This document shows positions 1-13,771 of a stretch of 64,000 nt of DNA, piece after piece. The DNA is from Octopus vulgaris. Lineage: Eukaryota. The DNA lies in contig OX597821.1 in NCBI GenBank assembly GCA_951406725.2, positions 2,356,001 to 2,420,000 on the forward strand, written 5' to 3'. The translations under genes and the position numbers were made by a program. The notes below the pieces were generated by a model. It made no database searches, was not told the origin of the DNA, and saw only the letters and a list, made by a program, of their open reading frames with translations. The stretch's first letter is position 1. Each line of letters begins with the position of its first letter.

Positions 1-365
1 TCCAGAATGTTATGTCTTTTATGGAATAAGTGAATACACATCGTTAAACGACGGAGGTCCACACATGTCGTTCGATTCTAACAGACTACACTTGTGAATA
101 TATATATGTACAACGGCAAGAAAGTGAAATTAGAAAAAAAGGCATAATATAATAATTGAGCAACAATCGTAGAATTTCATAATGCATACTCGACAGATGG
201 AACGAAAAGAAACGGTAAATGACTTGGAAACCATGTCTCTCTCTCTCCACCCTCTCCCCCTCTCTCTATGTATATATATATATAAATAGAGAGAGAGAGA
301 GAAAGTAAGAGAGAGGGATACATATATGTGCGTATATATGTATACAGACAGGCAGACACACACTC

Positions 366-399
<34 letters not shown>

Positions 400-406
<7 letters not shown>

Positions 407-749
407 TCGCCATACTAATATGGCATTCTTATAAAAATAAGAATAAAGCTGACCGCTTATTAGCTCCATGAAGCCATCGCCTTAAGTTAGCTATTTGATA
501 CACAAACTGTATCCATATAACCTTCGAACAAGGGAGGTCAGTCGCTCCACACTACTTGACCGACAGCTACAGACGTCTGTAGCTGTCGGTCAAGTAGTGT
601 GGAGCGACTGACCTCCCTTGTTCGAAGGTTATATGGATACAGTTTGTGTATCAAATAGCTAACTTAAGGCGATGGCTTCATGGAGCTAATAAGCGGTCAG
701 CTTTATTCTTATTTTTATAAGAATGCCATATTAGTATGGCGATAACTAT
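400..749. repeat. Perfect 350-bp palindrome (175-bp arms, no spacer) built from a PLE/retrozyme-like terminal unit
   Basis: 400-574 is the exact reverse complement of 575-749, with apex AGAC|GTCT. The arm sequence is homologous to 33723-33855. Confidence 0.95.
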
Positions 750-859
750 TATTTTCCGGGAACGCTGCCGTGTTCTCTTTTAGAGAGACTTAGTAATTTT
801 AATATTTCTATTATATATATCCATATGTTGAATTATGTAAAAATAAGAAAATATCGCCG

Positions 860-1063
860 ACCGCGTGTGTACCGTTGTCGATCTTTTTCCCTCTGTCTTC
901 CCTTCTCTGGATCTTTCCTTCTCCTATGTTTCCGACGAAGAGCTCCGCTCGAAACGTTAAACCTTCCTTCTTTCCCTCTTTCCTGAGCGTCCAATAATAC
1001 TATATTTGTTCCACGTCTTCGCGTTGTGTTTTTTTTGTGCTTTCATGTTTGGATTAACTTTAA
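860..1063 (+). mobile_element. Short PLE 3'-end (pLTR-like) fragment ending in (TA)n
   Basis: Near-identical copy on the minus strand at 27447-27652. Related to the 3' end of the PLE at 35840-36046. Carries a hammerhead-like motif. Confidence 0.7.
928..962 (+). ncRNA. Minimal hammerhead-like motif (CCGACGA core)
   Basis: GTTT CCGACGA A GAGC-TCC-GCTC GAAACGTT AAAC: stem I GTTT/AAAC, stem II GAGC/GCTC, palindromic ACGT stem III. Confidence 0.55.
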
Positions 1064-1064
1064 C

Positions 1065-1145
<81 letters not shown>

Positions 1146-2424
1146 CACTGTGTGTGTGTGTCAGTATGTGTGAGTGTGTGTGTGTCTAATTCTGTATGAC
1201 TGAGTATATGTGTGATGAATGTTTATGAGTATTTCTCTCTCTGTATCCTCCTTCTCGTATGCTAGATTGGGTATGTATTCCTTTGGATACTTTAATTAAT
1301 TATATTTTTCTTTTCTACGTTTACATCCTTCTATCACTAAGCAACCACCTATTGTAAGGAAAGAATAAAAATAAAAAAAAATTCGATAGGAAAACAAAGA
1401 TGGAGAGAAGTATACAAAATGCCAGGTTAAGAAGAAATATTTCTTCGCGGATGTTAAGACGAAATCGATTTTAAAAAATGGAACGGGAAAACAGAAAACA
1501 GTTTTAGAGGAAATGAGACTTTCCAAGAAAAAAGTTCTTGACCTGCAGATAATCGATCAAGTTTTTGTGTTTTCTTTTAAAAATACTTCTTTTTCCTATT
1601 CCGTTTCACCAAATTGCCTTGTCGAGAGAGAATAAAAGTTTTTCAACGAATATTCCCCATAAAGAACACGCAGTGATTTTAGTTGGAGTAGGTTTATTAA
1701 TAAACAAAGAAAATATATGGGATTTTATCATTGGCTCCGTTCCCTTATTCTAAATAATATCGCGAAAAAAAGTAAATTAAAGTTTTAAAAAATTTAATTC
1801 TGTATTAGAAATCCTAGTTATTCCACCCAAAATAGAATTAAAAGAAAAATTGTGTATTTGGGTTTGAATTAGAAAACATAGATATATTAAGAGCTCTCTG
1901 ATGCTTTAAATTCCGTTGGATGCAGTGCATAAATAGATACAGATCTTATAATAGCTTAAATGTGGTTACTACTGACAAATAAAGAAACGTTTTGTAGCTC
2001 GATGTTATTTATATTTTGAAAACTTACCTGACCTTTTACCGTTTCTTAGCCCAGGTGTAGCAGTTATTTAAATAATGTAATCCTCAAAAATTTGTTTCTA
2101 CTGTATTTAATGCCATAACGACGCACCTTTTCCCGGAATAAAGTCTCTAAAAAGTAACGCCGAGTTAATTGTGTGAAGTTGCTAGAATTATTACATGATT
2201 GAATGCAATAAAATCTCTTTTATTTTTTATAATAGGCTGCTGAAATTGGGCTGCGCCAATACGTTTGTGCGTCGTTTATGCCATCCAATAGGCTCGTGTC
2301 ATTTTACTAATAAATTTGAAATGTACATATATTTATTAGGGAAGTTAACAAGTAGCATTTGCTTCTCTAACATAGTGACAACAACAATTTGTCGTTTATC
2401 TTTCATTTGTTTTACTCACTGGAC

Positions 2425-2745
2425 GGCAGCCATACTGGGCACCACCCTCAAAATTCCAATCGAGCAATTCAACCCTTCTACATATTCTTTTGATTACTTA
2501 TTGCCGAACCGCTAAATTTTGGAGACGTAAACATTATCGGAGGATATCAAGCGGCAGGGGAGAAGAAAATACAAACACAAAGAAACTCATAAAAATATAT
2601 ACGACTGACTTTCACAAAATTTCCATCTATCATATTTAGTCACATGGCATTGGCGGGCAGGTGCTGGTGTAGAAATCACTGCCCAAAGTATCGCGTAGTA
2701 GCACTGAATCCAAAGCTACGTGTTTGCAAAGAGAGATTCTTAATC
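2425..2745 (-). mobile_element. Degenerate tRNA/CORE-type SINE
   Basis: Recognisable blocks (gccgaaccgctaa, gacgtaaac, ttccatctatcatatttagtcac, gcccaaag) match the reverse complement of the SINE at 57570-57973. Confidence 0.55.
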
Positions 2746-3853
2746 TAATACACACGGAGAATACTTCAAATGGATTTAGGTACTCTCTCTCTCTCTCTCT
2801 CTCTCACTCTCTCTCCGTTCGGTCAAACCATAAATGACCCACACCGTCCAAAAAATAACAACTACTGACTTTGGTTTAAGGAAGCAATTTTATTGTACAG
2901 AACGTGTAGTTCTATTCAGGGCTTAAACATAAACGCAATTTCATTCACTTAATTCATCTTTCTGTCTTAATGCACCGTTTCCATGTTAAACACAGCATAT
3001 TAAAATCGACATAAAGGGATGTAAAAAGAAATGTAATGAAGTAAAGCGTCTTCAAACTCAGGTGGAATTTGTACCAACGATGCTTTTACTATACAACGAT
3101 GCTTTTACTGTTTCACATTTTTATATATTTATCTATCTATTATATATATTTACGTTTCTTTTATTTTCAAAAGAAATGTTGGCTGCGGAAGCAAAACTAA
3201 GAAATTCTCCACAAACCAAATTTTAAAAAGAGAAAAAAACAACGGCTAATACGCTTTCTATAAAAAAAAATGAGGAAATAAACAAAAATGAGAAAGAGAA
3301 ATTGTGATTTACTCAAGTTTATACTAAAATAGTGATCTTGCCAAAGGCCAGCATCGAATGGAATAGAAATAAATCAATTGCAGGTCTTTGAAGAAATGTA
3401 ATAAAATTTATGGCCTATGTAATAATGGTTGCTTCTGTGCAGTGAACGACCCAAGCTTGCAGTTGTTTAATTGAAAGCATGCCAGCCGACATGATGGCTA
3501 ACATACATTTATGTCCATCCCAATTTATAGATATTGTTCCTGTTGTTTTTGCTGTTGTATCTGTTGTACGTATTTTTGTTTAGCCCAAGGTCAAACTCAT
3601 TTGAGTAAGCCAATGATCAAAGAGCTTCCAAACGTGGCCAGCACTTGCTTTACCCCTATATTAAAGGCAACAAATTTTAGATCAAGATATGAGGCAGAAT
3701 TGACTGTTATTTCTAGCTCGTACAGCTACAAGGTAGAGACTCGCTTCTTGGCTCGTGGGGCCCATGGTCGTACACGTATATAAATTCTGCATGTTAAGAT
3801 TTACAAGTGTATGTGTGTGTGGAATTTTCAGGACATTTATAAAGAGAATGTTA

Positions 3854-3901
3854 GTCATACAGCTGTTTCTCGGACATTAGGGATATCCCTTCATCAGCGA
3901 C
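3854..3901 (-). ncRNA. Type I minimal hammerhead ribozyme motif in a PLE-end fragment
   Basis: Minus strand reads GTCG CTGATGA AG GGATAT-CCCTA-ATGTCC GA GAAA CAGCTG TA TGAC: canonical core and palindromic stem III. Confidence 0.7.
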
Positions 3902-4065
3902 GATGTGAGATGGTCAAACAGAGGGAGATAGTAGAGTTCAATATAAGGAGTTATTTTGGAACAGGATGGAAATAAGAAGTATAGAGGGAAATAGGATATA
4001 AATGTATAAATGAAAATATATGTAGTATATATGAATGTATATATATATATATATATATATGAATG

Positions 4066-4111
<46 letters not shown>

Positions 4112-4396
4112 AAACAATACAACTACGCATATACTTATATTACATTCATACATACATATATATATGTGTGAGTGCGTGTGTCTGTGTGTGTATTTGTGCG
4201 TGTGTGTCTGGGTCTGAAGATAAACCCATGCATGTATATATGCTATAGCTACACGCATTTTTATATACAAATCTATGGAAGTAAATATTGAAAAAGTAAA
4301 AAGAGAAAATGGCGAAAATCTTGTAAAAATAATGTGGGATTCTATACCATTCAGATATAATTACTAGATAGTGGCGATGATTTTACATAGAACTGC

Positions 4397-4428
<32 letters not shown>

Positions 4429-4897
4429 GTGCGTATGTGCCTGTCAGTATGTCAAAATGTCTGTATATATGTATATATATATATATTATCATATGTGTGT
4501 AGATATTTTTACAAGGGTGCGTATGACTGTCTCGCTCTTAGTGAGCGTTGATGAAATGACTATGCTTTAACTTCTCATTTAATGTATCATTTTACGTAAA
4601 TATATCATTTCAAAGAAATTCTGTACACACATGTGCAATGTGTAAGCACACTAAAAAAACACACCGGGCATAAAAGCAGAAGAAAATCAATATGAACACA
4701 TACATACACATATATACACAAATACATTTACATATGTATACGTGTTTGCGTGTATATGTGTGTGCGTGTTGTGTGTATAAGAATATATGCATATGTAACT
4801 ATATTGGTGTTATTATTAGGACATACATATTTGTGTGTCAGTGTGTGTATGTGTAAGTGAGAATGTTTGTGTGTGTATATACATGTTTGCGTGTTTG

Positions 4898-4965
<68 letters not shown>

Positions 4966-5057
4966 TATATGCATATATATGTATGTATGTACATATATAT
5001 ATAAGTTTATAACTATATGAATATAAATATATATATGCAAATATGTATAAATGTATG

Positions 5058-5088
<31 letters not shown>

Positions 5089-5826
5089 GAGGGAGATATA
5101 TTTGCAGATTATGCGTATATCTGTCTGTATCAGTGTCTGTGATCCTTTATGGTGCCTTCTGTGTTTCCTTCAGCATTTTGGTATGCGAATATCTATCTGC
5201 TTATGGCTATATTAATGTCTATGCATGAGAATATGAACGTGATTCTGAATATAAACGTGCGTGGCATGATCATGTTCGTGTGGACGCTGCACATGAAATA
5301 TGCAGGCATTGACTTCAAGTTAGATAGAAGGTCGGCAGACGCTCATTACGCAACGTTTGGAAAATGTCTGCTCTGCTTTCAGTCAATGATTCAATGACGT
5401 CTGTTATTGGTCTCTAATTAGCAAGTGACGGCCATATTTTTTTTGTTACTTTTGAAGACAGCAAATCACATAAGTTTCTTTCCAATTTTTCATGTTGATT
5501 CGATATGCAAAGCACACATACACACAGATACACACACACAAACGTCCAACATTGATACACTTTTCCTCCCTCTCTCCCACAATGTATATACATATACGTA
5601 TGCGTGTACATATACAGAAATAAATACATCTACAATGATACACACACGTATGTGTATGTCTAAGTATGTATGTGGGGTGCCATATCAACAAATTTTACAA
5701 TTACATAAATCAACGCATTAACACTATGATACACAATTTTTTTTGAAGCAGACAGAACAGTATACATAGACGTCACGTGCATCTCTTTATGCATCTATAC
5801 TTACATATATATATATATATATATGT

Positions 5827-5937
<111 letters not shown>

Positions 5938-6142
5938 ATATATATATATATATATATACATTATATATATAATATATAAATAGTTGAACACATACATTCA
6001 AATATAGATAGTTGAACATATATATACATGTATGTATGCATGTATATATATGTACTTACACATATATATATATTATATTATATATTATATATATAAATAT
6101 ATATATAATATATATTATATATATAATATATCTATCTATCTA

Positions 6143-6229
<87 letters not shown>

Positions 6230-7480
6230 ATATATATTATCTATCTATCTCTCTATATATATCTATCTATCTATCTCTCTCTCTCTATCTATATACATGT
6301 ATGTACATACACAAAGACATACATACGTATATGATATTTATCCACGCTTATATGCACATTTAGACTGGCAGGAGACATGTCTGTTTACTGTAGCGTAAAA
6401 TCCATCTCAGCTCATACTGCAATAGGATGCTACTGCTTTGAGATATGTCTTCCAATTATATGAGATCATATTAACATTTTCCATCATTAAAATATAAAGT
6501 ATTCTCAACTATCCTCATGGCACAATGGCATACATTTCATAAAGTATACATAATGTAAGACTTTACTACCAATATCAAATAAAATAAGCTACTCTGATGA
6601 TAAAATGGATAAGGTACATTGAATATTTGCCTAAAAAAGCATTAAGCCAAATCTTGGTTTGTCAAAATTACCATGCTGCATTCCGAGTTGAAGGTCTGCT
6701 GTGGTCCCAAAATATTCTTTGACACCATATATCGACGCATTTGTTACCTCAACATAGATCCTTTAGCAGATTCCTTTTTGTTCCTTACACTCAGTCAAAA
6801 TCTGCAGTTTACCGATATCTTCCTTTCAACTTCCTGCCTAACTCAGGTTGTTCCCCAAATGGTTTTGGTTACTGCCTCTAACACCTGACTAAGTTATACA
6901 AAATACAAGACTGCCTTCCAGGAAGAAATGAATTAGCACTTTCAATTGGATGTCAAGTTAAATTTTAAGATAAATTTTAAAACACTTCATATACCCCCAA
7001 CTCAGCTTATAGGTATATTCTGTTCAAATTCTTTGCTTAGCTAGCGTATGCAATGCGGTGGTCTCGCTTCATAAATCTGAGACATTAATTTTATGAGACT
7101 TCCACTTTCAAATACGATTGGTTTAAGCGAATGTATTGATGTTTTATTTTGTCCTTTGATTTGTTGGATCTAGAGAAAGGGGCAGAATTTATAACCGATA
7201 TCGATTAAGTTTGGGCCCTTTAATAAACCGTTTGAGCTGTTGTAAATCGTAACTTACAAGAAAGATATAGGCAAGGAAACAATTCCAGAAGATTAGAGTT
7301 CTGTGAGGGAATTACTGATCTTCTTGTTGGTGGTGTGTTAGCTTGGGCCAGTGGATGCAACATTGTTGATGGGTTGAAGACTGAAGAATGGGTCGTCACC
7401 TTCTGAGAGACAATGAAGACCAATCAACTTAGAGGAAAAGAATCGTCTACGATAATATTAAACATGACAAATATCGGATA

Positions 7481-8716
7481 TACTGGGTCATCCCATAAAT
7501 AATGAGGTTTGTTTCAATTGCATGAACTAAAAGTCCGAGGGTGACGGGATAAACTACCTACATCAACTTGCTTATAACTCAAGCAGTAAGTTTACCTTGC
7601 CCTTATTCCTAATGCAAGTTTTGAAGAGTTTAGTTCGATTTTAATAATTATATTTTCGAAGCTATAATGGAAGTAACAAAGGAGCATATTCAGCATATTT
7701 TGCTTTATGGGGTCAATGAAGGCAACAACACAACGGAAAGTGCTAGGAATGTTAGTGTAGTATATGGGGATCGGACGATAAGCGTGAACCAGTGTCAACG
7801 GTGGTTCCAGACTACCGCCAAGAAGACGATCCTCTTCCTGGAAGATCTGTAGAGCTGGACGAGGACGTCCTGCCAGCCCTGGTAGAAAAAATCCCATTGT
7901 AACTGTTGCGGAACGAGCAGGAAAGCTTGGATTTTGTCATTCAACCATTCATCGACATCTGCGTGCCATCGGAAAAGTCAACAAATTGGGTCAATCAGTT
8001 CCTCAAAAATTTCCCGGGCCTAATTGCGCGCAGGGAGTCAATGTGTCCTATTCTTTGCTGCCACGCTTTACTAATGGACATTTTTTGGACCGAGACAAGA
8101 AATATGTTCTCTATAAACATGTCAAGCTCCAAAGATAGTGGATAAGAAAAGGATAAACATCGGCACCCCAGGCTTCACACACGTAACTTGTTGTTATCTA
8201 TTTCCTGGATTATGATGAGTTTAGTCCACTTTGAACCTTCAAACTCAAATCAAACAAAAACAAATGAGAACAACTGTGAGCCGTTTGAGCGGCTTACATC
8301 AGAGCTTGAGGGAAATTGAGCATCTTAGGTTTCAAGACGAAAGGTGTTCTTCCATCAGGATAATCCTCAGCCACATACAGCAAGGATGTCATTCCCAAGG
8401 CTGGAGCTGTTTGAATAGAAATCGATGCACCATCCACCGTATTCGCCGGGCATTACCCCATATGATTATCATTTATTCCTCACTCATCATAATTATTTGG
8501 ACGGAAAAAAATATGAATTCTGTAGACTAGTTGAGAACAGTAATGGGGGAGTATTTTTCGTCACGCACAAATGAATTTTGGAAGAGAGACCTTGCAAATC
8601 TAACATATATATATAGAAGAGCATTGTAGAAAATGAACGAGAACATATTTTAGATTAAAACAAAAATTGTTTATCTTAATTTTGAAAAATAAATGAAGTA
8701 TAAAAGTACCGCATTG
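7481..8716 (+). mobile_element. Decayed mariner transposon (pseudogenised transposase)
   Basis: N-terminus MEVTKEHIQHILLY...VYGD...CQRWF (7667-7810). HPPYSP...DYHLF-like motif near 8428-8480. Multiple frameshifts. Confidence 0.85.
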
Positions 8717-8759
8717 TCAGTCAGGAGCCAGAACTTTTCTGTTAGTGATTTTATGCTAA

Positions 8760-8930
8760 TCAATCGAAAGGGTTTCTCTGGCTTCAGTCTTATGATATCA
8801 GGATAAGTAGCAGTTGCACCGACCCATATAAGTGTAATACTCCATTGAGGGCCTCAGCTGAACTTCCTAGAATGCCATAAATGTTTTGGCAGTATATATA
8901 TTTGGATCCTAATCATGTAATTCCGGCAGG
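8760..8930 (-). pseudogene. Highly decayed non-LTR RT C-terminal fragment
   Basis: Minus strand reads ...VQLRPSMEYYT..., resembling the YKAQIRPxMEYCS motif found after the RT domain in Jockey/CR1-group LINEs. Confidence 0.4.
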
Positions 8931-10071
8931 AAATGTTTTCGGTGGTAAGGAGGTCCAGACGTTTGTACGAAGGTATGCCCTCTAATTAACTGATGTTCAG
9001 AATCAAGGTGAAAATAGTGCGATATTCTATAATTCCTTTATAGATGAAGATGAACTCCTTTTACACCTTCGACTAACGAATACTTTCATATCAATGGCTT
9101 CTTATATTATCAGAAGTTTGTTTGTCTCATGATATTTTATGACCCCAAATTGGTGGCTTCCCAGACATTCTGTACTGGTCTAAAAATTCAACGACGTCTC
9201 CGGCTAGACGATGTTTCGGTATATTAATATCAATGTTTCCTTCAGTGAGAACAAATGAAAATTAGATTTTAAATCATCTCTCTGGGACACCCGAAAGGTG
9301 AATTCGGACTAACCTCTAATCAGCATATTGTGGTCTTGAATCTGGCATCTTGATGTCAATGTAATCAATGTCTTTCCTCATAATTTAATCAACATATATC
9401 TCAGGTGTTTTCCACCATGAATGGAATAATATCACATGTTTGTTGGTGACTCTGTTGCCATATTTGACAGCAAGTTTCAAACATTTCTGGGTCTGTATCA
9501 GCAGCAAACGTTTAAACCCACCCTTATTACTGGATATAGTTTCTTTATCTCTGTTCTATTAGCGTTCATTTGATGTTTATCTGGCCGAAATGTCTTCTCT
9601 TGTTCCTCCTGAAACACTGAATTATAAACATGTTTGTTTCCGTTACATTGAATCCGGTTTCTTTGAATCTGGGAAAATGTATTTTATTGTTACATGTGTT
9701 TGCTATTGTGTTGCGCAATTCTTCGTCCGGGTTCTAGCTGAGATTCATTTACTTAAACTCCTCGAAAGATTTATAACTCATTGCGAGCAGTTCGAATCCC
9801 TGCTAGCGTATTTACGATTGGGCCTTTTCGTTTAATGCAAGGTTTAAACTGTTCTGTTATGAAATTGTATGTGACACCTAAGAGATTGATTATTTGCTAT
9901 TATTACTTGCAGTTCATAAAAATAAAGTTAAAGTTAATGCCCTGGAACGGAATCATTTTGTTGCTTCTGAAATATCTCACATAAAGCGGCACAAACAAAC
10001 ATGTGATGAAACTCCCTTACGTCACACGAAATATATAAATAAATTATAGAAATATTCAAATTAGGAGAGTA

Positions 10072-10103
<32 letters not shown>

Positions 10104-10104
10104 T

Positions 10105-10137
<33 letters not shown>

Positions 10138-10659
10138 ATGGATGGATGGATGGATGTATGTATTTGTACGCGTGTGTATACTATATAAAGAGATTATTAT
10201 TAAAAGTAATATTAAAATATGCTAGGAGCACATTTATAAGAGCCATAACAATGATGCGGAATGCTACTCCTTAAAGAATTAAATAGACCCACAGAGAAAC
10301 ATTTCAATTTGCAGCTAAATTAACGAATAAAATGTTTGTCCACAAGTAGTGCTTGAAAGCATAAAATTTTAACAAAAACCCAACAGAAAACAGAAAAAAA
10401 TAATAATAAATAATAAATAATAATAGGAGTAAAATGGAAGAAAGATATCCAAAGAATAAGGATTCTGTTCGGATAAAGGAAATAACTAAGTAGCGAAGTA
10501 TAAAATCTTGCCCAAAATACATTTTGAAATTTCTGATGGATATAAGATTGAGTTCAAATGTAACGAATAGCATCAAATATATTCGTAATTCGTACATAAG
10601 TTCTGCCAGAATTTCGAATAAAGAAAACAAGTGATCAAATGTTATATTTAATTGAAATT

Positions 10660-11812
10660 TAATCATCAATATACTTTCCCTGATTATCTATGACTTCCTT
10701 CCATCTATTTTACAAGCTTTTTAATCTCATCAATGTAAAATTCTTTTGGTTTCAAAGCGAAGAACTCTGAAATGTCAGTTTCGACCTCCTCCTGGCTTGC
10801 GAAAGTTAAGTCAACCAAATGATTCTGTAAACTACGAAACAAATGGTAGTCCGACGGAGCAAGGTCGGAATAATAAGGTTGATGAGGAATTTTTTCTCAG
10901 CCAAGCTCTTCGTTCTTCAGTGATGTGATCTTTGCAGTGTAGGTTTGCACATTGTCCTGATGAAACATCACTCATTTTCGATTCACTAAAGCGGGTCTTT
11001 TTTCTTCAAAGCTTTGATAGTAGACTTGAGTATTGATTGTTGCATTAGGTGGTAACAATTCAAAGTGAATTACTCCTTTGCAATCGCAACAGATAGACAG
11101 AAGAAAATTTTCCCATGAAGTTCCCTTCTTGGTTGTGGTTGAGGTTTTTCCCTTTTACCAAGCCCCTGTTTACGACGTTTAACTTTTCAATAGACTATCC
11201 ATTTTCTTCACCAGTCAGAAGTCTATCCAATCAATGGTGAATCGAGTTACCGAGAATAGAGAGAAGAGAAGGTATCAACTCGGGATTTGCGGTTGCTTTC
11301 GGACAATTCATGAGGCATCCATTTCCCAAGTTTAGGAACCTTTCCGAGTTGTTGAAGATGTCGATGAACAGCTGTATAGTTTGAACTAAGCTTTATTGCC
11401 AATTCTTCAACTGATAATGCAATATTTTCTTCAAGTAATGCCTCAAGGAGCTTATCATCAAACTCAACTGGACGTCCAGTTCAATCTTCATCTGAAATCT
11501 CCACTTCTGAATTTTGCAAACCATCTTCTACAAGTTCTTTCGTTTAATCATTCTTTCCCATAAACTGAGTGTATGTTTCGAGTCGTTTCGGCTGCAGAAT
11601 TTCCTTTTTTTCTACTCATAAAACATTATGTGCCTCAAATGCAGTTTGGATACTCCATATTAGACAGGATTTTAATCAAAGAAATTTTAATTCTATTATT
11701 CTGTAAAATAATATTTAATTAGTTTAAATGTACACAAATGCATAAAAATAATATTTAATTTCTTTAGACATTCTAAAATAATACTAAATTCAATCAATTT
11801 TTAAAAACGGGT
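10660..11812 (-). mobile_element. Decayed mariner transposon
   Basis: Minus strand near 11660-11500 reads HLRHIMFYE..KGNSAAETTRNIHSVYG...RTCRRWFAKF. Downstream GRPVEFDD and LGKW-like segments. Many stops. Confidence 0.8.
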
Positions 11813-12080
11813 AAGATCAGACAGAACTTATGGGATGACCTGATATACGTGAAGGTGCCAGGTTAGGAACGAACGTCATTAAATTACAGTAATCCACATA
11901 AAAAACAGCAGCACAAATAAAAGAAATTCTAGAAACGTTTATGTCATAACCATTACATCTCAGATTCAGATTGATGGTAATATACGTGTTTATGTTTCTA
12001 TGCATGTATATATGTGTATGCTTGTTTCCATGAATGAATGTATGTATGTATGTATGTAGGTATGTATGTATGTATGTATG

Positions 12081-12111
<31 letters not shown>

Positions 12112-12115
<4 letters not shown>

Positions 12116-12168
12116 TGCCCCAGCATGGCCACAGCTCATGAGCTGAAACTAGAATCAATCAATCAATC
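12112..12168 (+). mobile_element. 57-bp 5'-truncated copy of the CR1-group LINE 3' end, inside (TA)n
   Basis: Matches 22662-22718 with one mismatch, including the (AATC)n tail. Confidence 0.9.
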
Positions 12169-12295
12169 ATATATATATATATATATATATATGCATATAT
12201 GCTTACACATGTGAATCCACGTACGTGTATATATGCCTACGGATCTATATATATACATATATCTATATCTATATCTATACCTATATCTATCTATC

Positions 12296-12328
<33 letters not shown>

Positions 12329-12424
12329 GCATGATATATATATGTGTATATATATGTATAGTATATATACATATATATATTTATACATATATATACACAT
12401 GTATATGTATGATATATACGTAAA

Positions 12425-13108
12425 CATGATGGCTGCGCCCTCGTTATCGAGTATGGCCATTGCACGAAGTTTAACTGTTATTGGTGCTGTGACCGAATGT
12501 GACTTTCTCGCCCAGCTAAAGATCTACAATGTCTTGTACAGAATTGGCATCTAAAGCCTTTACTGGTAATAGCCGGCTGTAGTTGTAACTGGGCTTCATG
12601 TACCTTTGCATGTCGTTTAAGTCCTCCTGCCGAATTACTCTCTCTTCCACATGCCCGACAGATATGATTACTATGGTGTGTAAAACCACCACCAGTGGCC
12701 AGGTTGTCACTCATTTGTCTCGTTTGATGACTACGAAGATGACTCTTGAGTCCAGCTTTACTGAGGCAGGGTCTTGCACAGACACTGCATGTCAGCATCA
12801 TAGGAAGACCCTTCCCATCAGTGATACCCTTCCTGACATCAATCCTTACTTTCTCATGTGCAACTCGAGATTTCTCGAAAGCAGCTGTCCGCTCGTGCAC
12901 AATCCTTCTCCACCTGCTACGATCCACAGCAATGCCCTCCCATGTGACAGGAAAGATGCAAGCAAGTTCTTACACCTCTTTTTTGGTTTATGTGGAGGTC
13001 GTTCTCCTTTAGCTAGCTCCCATAAAAGTTTTGTTTTGGCATCCTTGAATCCTTCATCCTGGCCAGATGACCACTCCATCTGATCTTTTGCTTTAACACA
13101 AGAGCTTC
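12425..13108 (-). mobile_element. RTE-clade LINE 3' fragment with three C-terminal C2H2-type fingers
   Basis: RWSGHLARMKDSRMPK, DRSRWR, CSVC..HLRSH, CRAC..HAKVH, CQFC..HIRSQH. Same family as 48397-49860. Confidence 0.9.
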
Positions 13109-13225
13109 TATATATACATACATACTTGCATACATACATACATAGATACATACATACATACACTCACACATACATACATACATACATACATACATACATA
13201 CATACATACATACATACATACATGC

Positions 13226-13314
<89 letters not shown>

Positions 13315-13731
13315 TAAGCAGTGTTAGCGGTAATAGTAACCGATTGAGGAATAGAACATCCGTATTTACTATCGGTATCAGTTACTTGTGTTATCTCTGG
13401 ACATGGGTATGCAGGCACACTATGCGCGTAGGGTACAGGTAACAACAGAATAAACAAAAGTTTATCAGGAATCAAATTTAAACTATCAGAAAATGAAGAA
13501 AACTTTAGATCAACAAACAAACAACTGGGCCTCATCCGTAGGTTATTTTTAATACAACACATGATATAACGTTTATATATTTGTTGTGCAAGATTTTTTA
13601 TGTGAAGTCGTGTGTTGAAACAGATATTGTTATATTTCGGAATGGTCATTTTGCCAGTTTAGCCAATAAAAACACATGCACTATATATTTGGTGTTATTT
13701 ATATTTTACAGTAACCTTAATCTTATTTCGG

Positions 13732-13771
13732 CCAGAATTCTTTCGTCACACTCCTGTGACCGCATCAGTGG
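13732..13771 (-). ncRNA. Hammerhead-like motif in left inverted arm
   Basis: CCA CTGATGCG GTCAC-AGGAGT-GTGAC GAAA GAAT TC TGG. Confidence 0.6.

Noticed and set aside
1290-2200. Complex AT-rich sequence possibly from a decayed transposon ORF
   Set aside because: No diagnostic motif could be read.
6670-6890. Exon-like minus-strand segment bounded by CAG and GTAAT
   Set aside because: The frame read from the acceptor has several stops and no recognisable motif.
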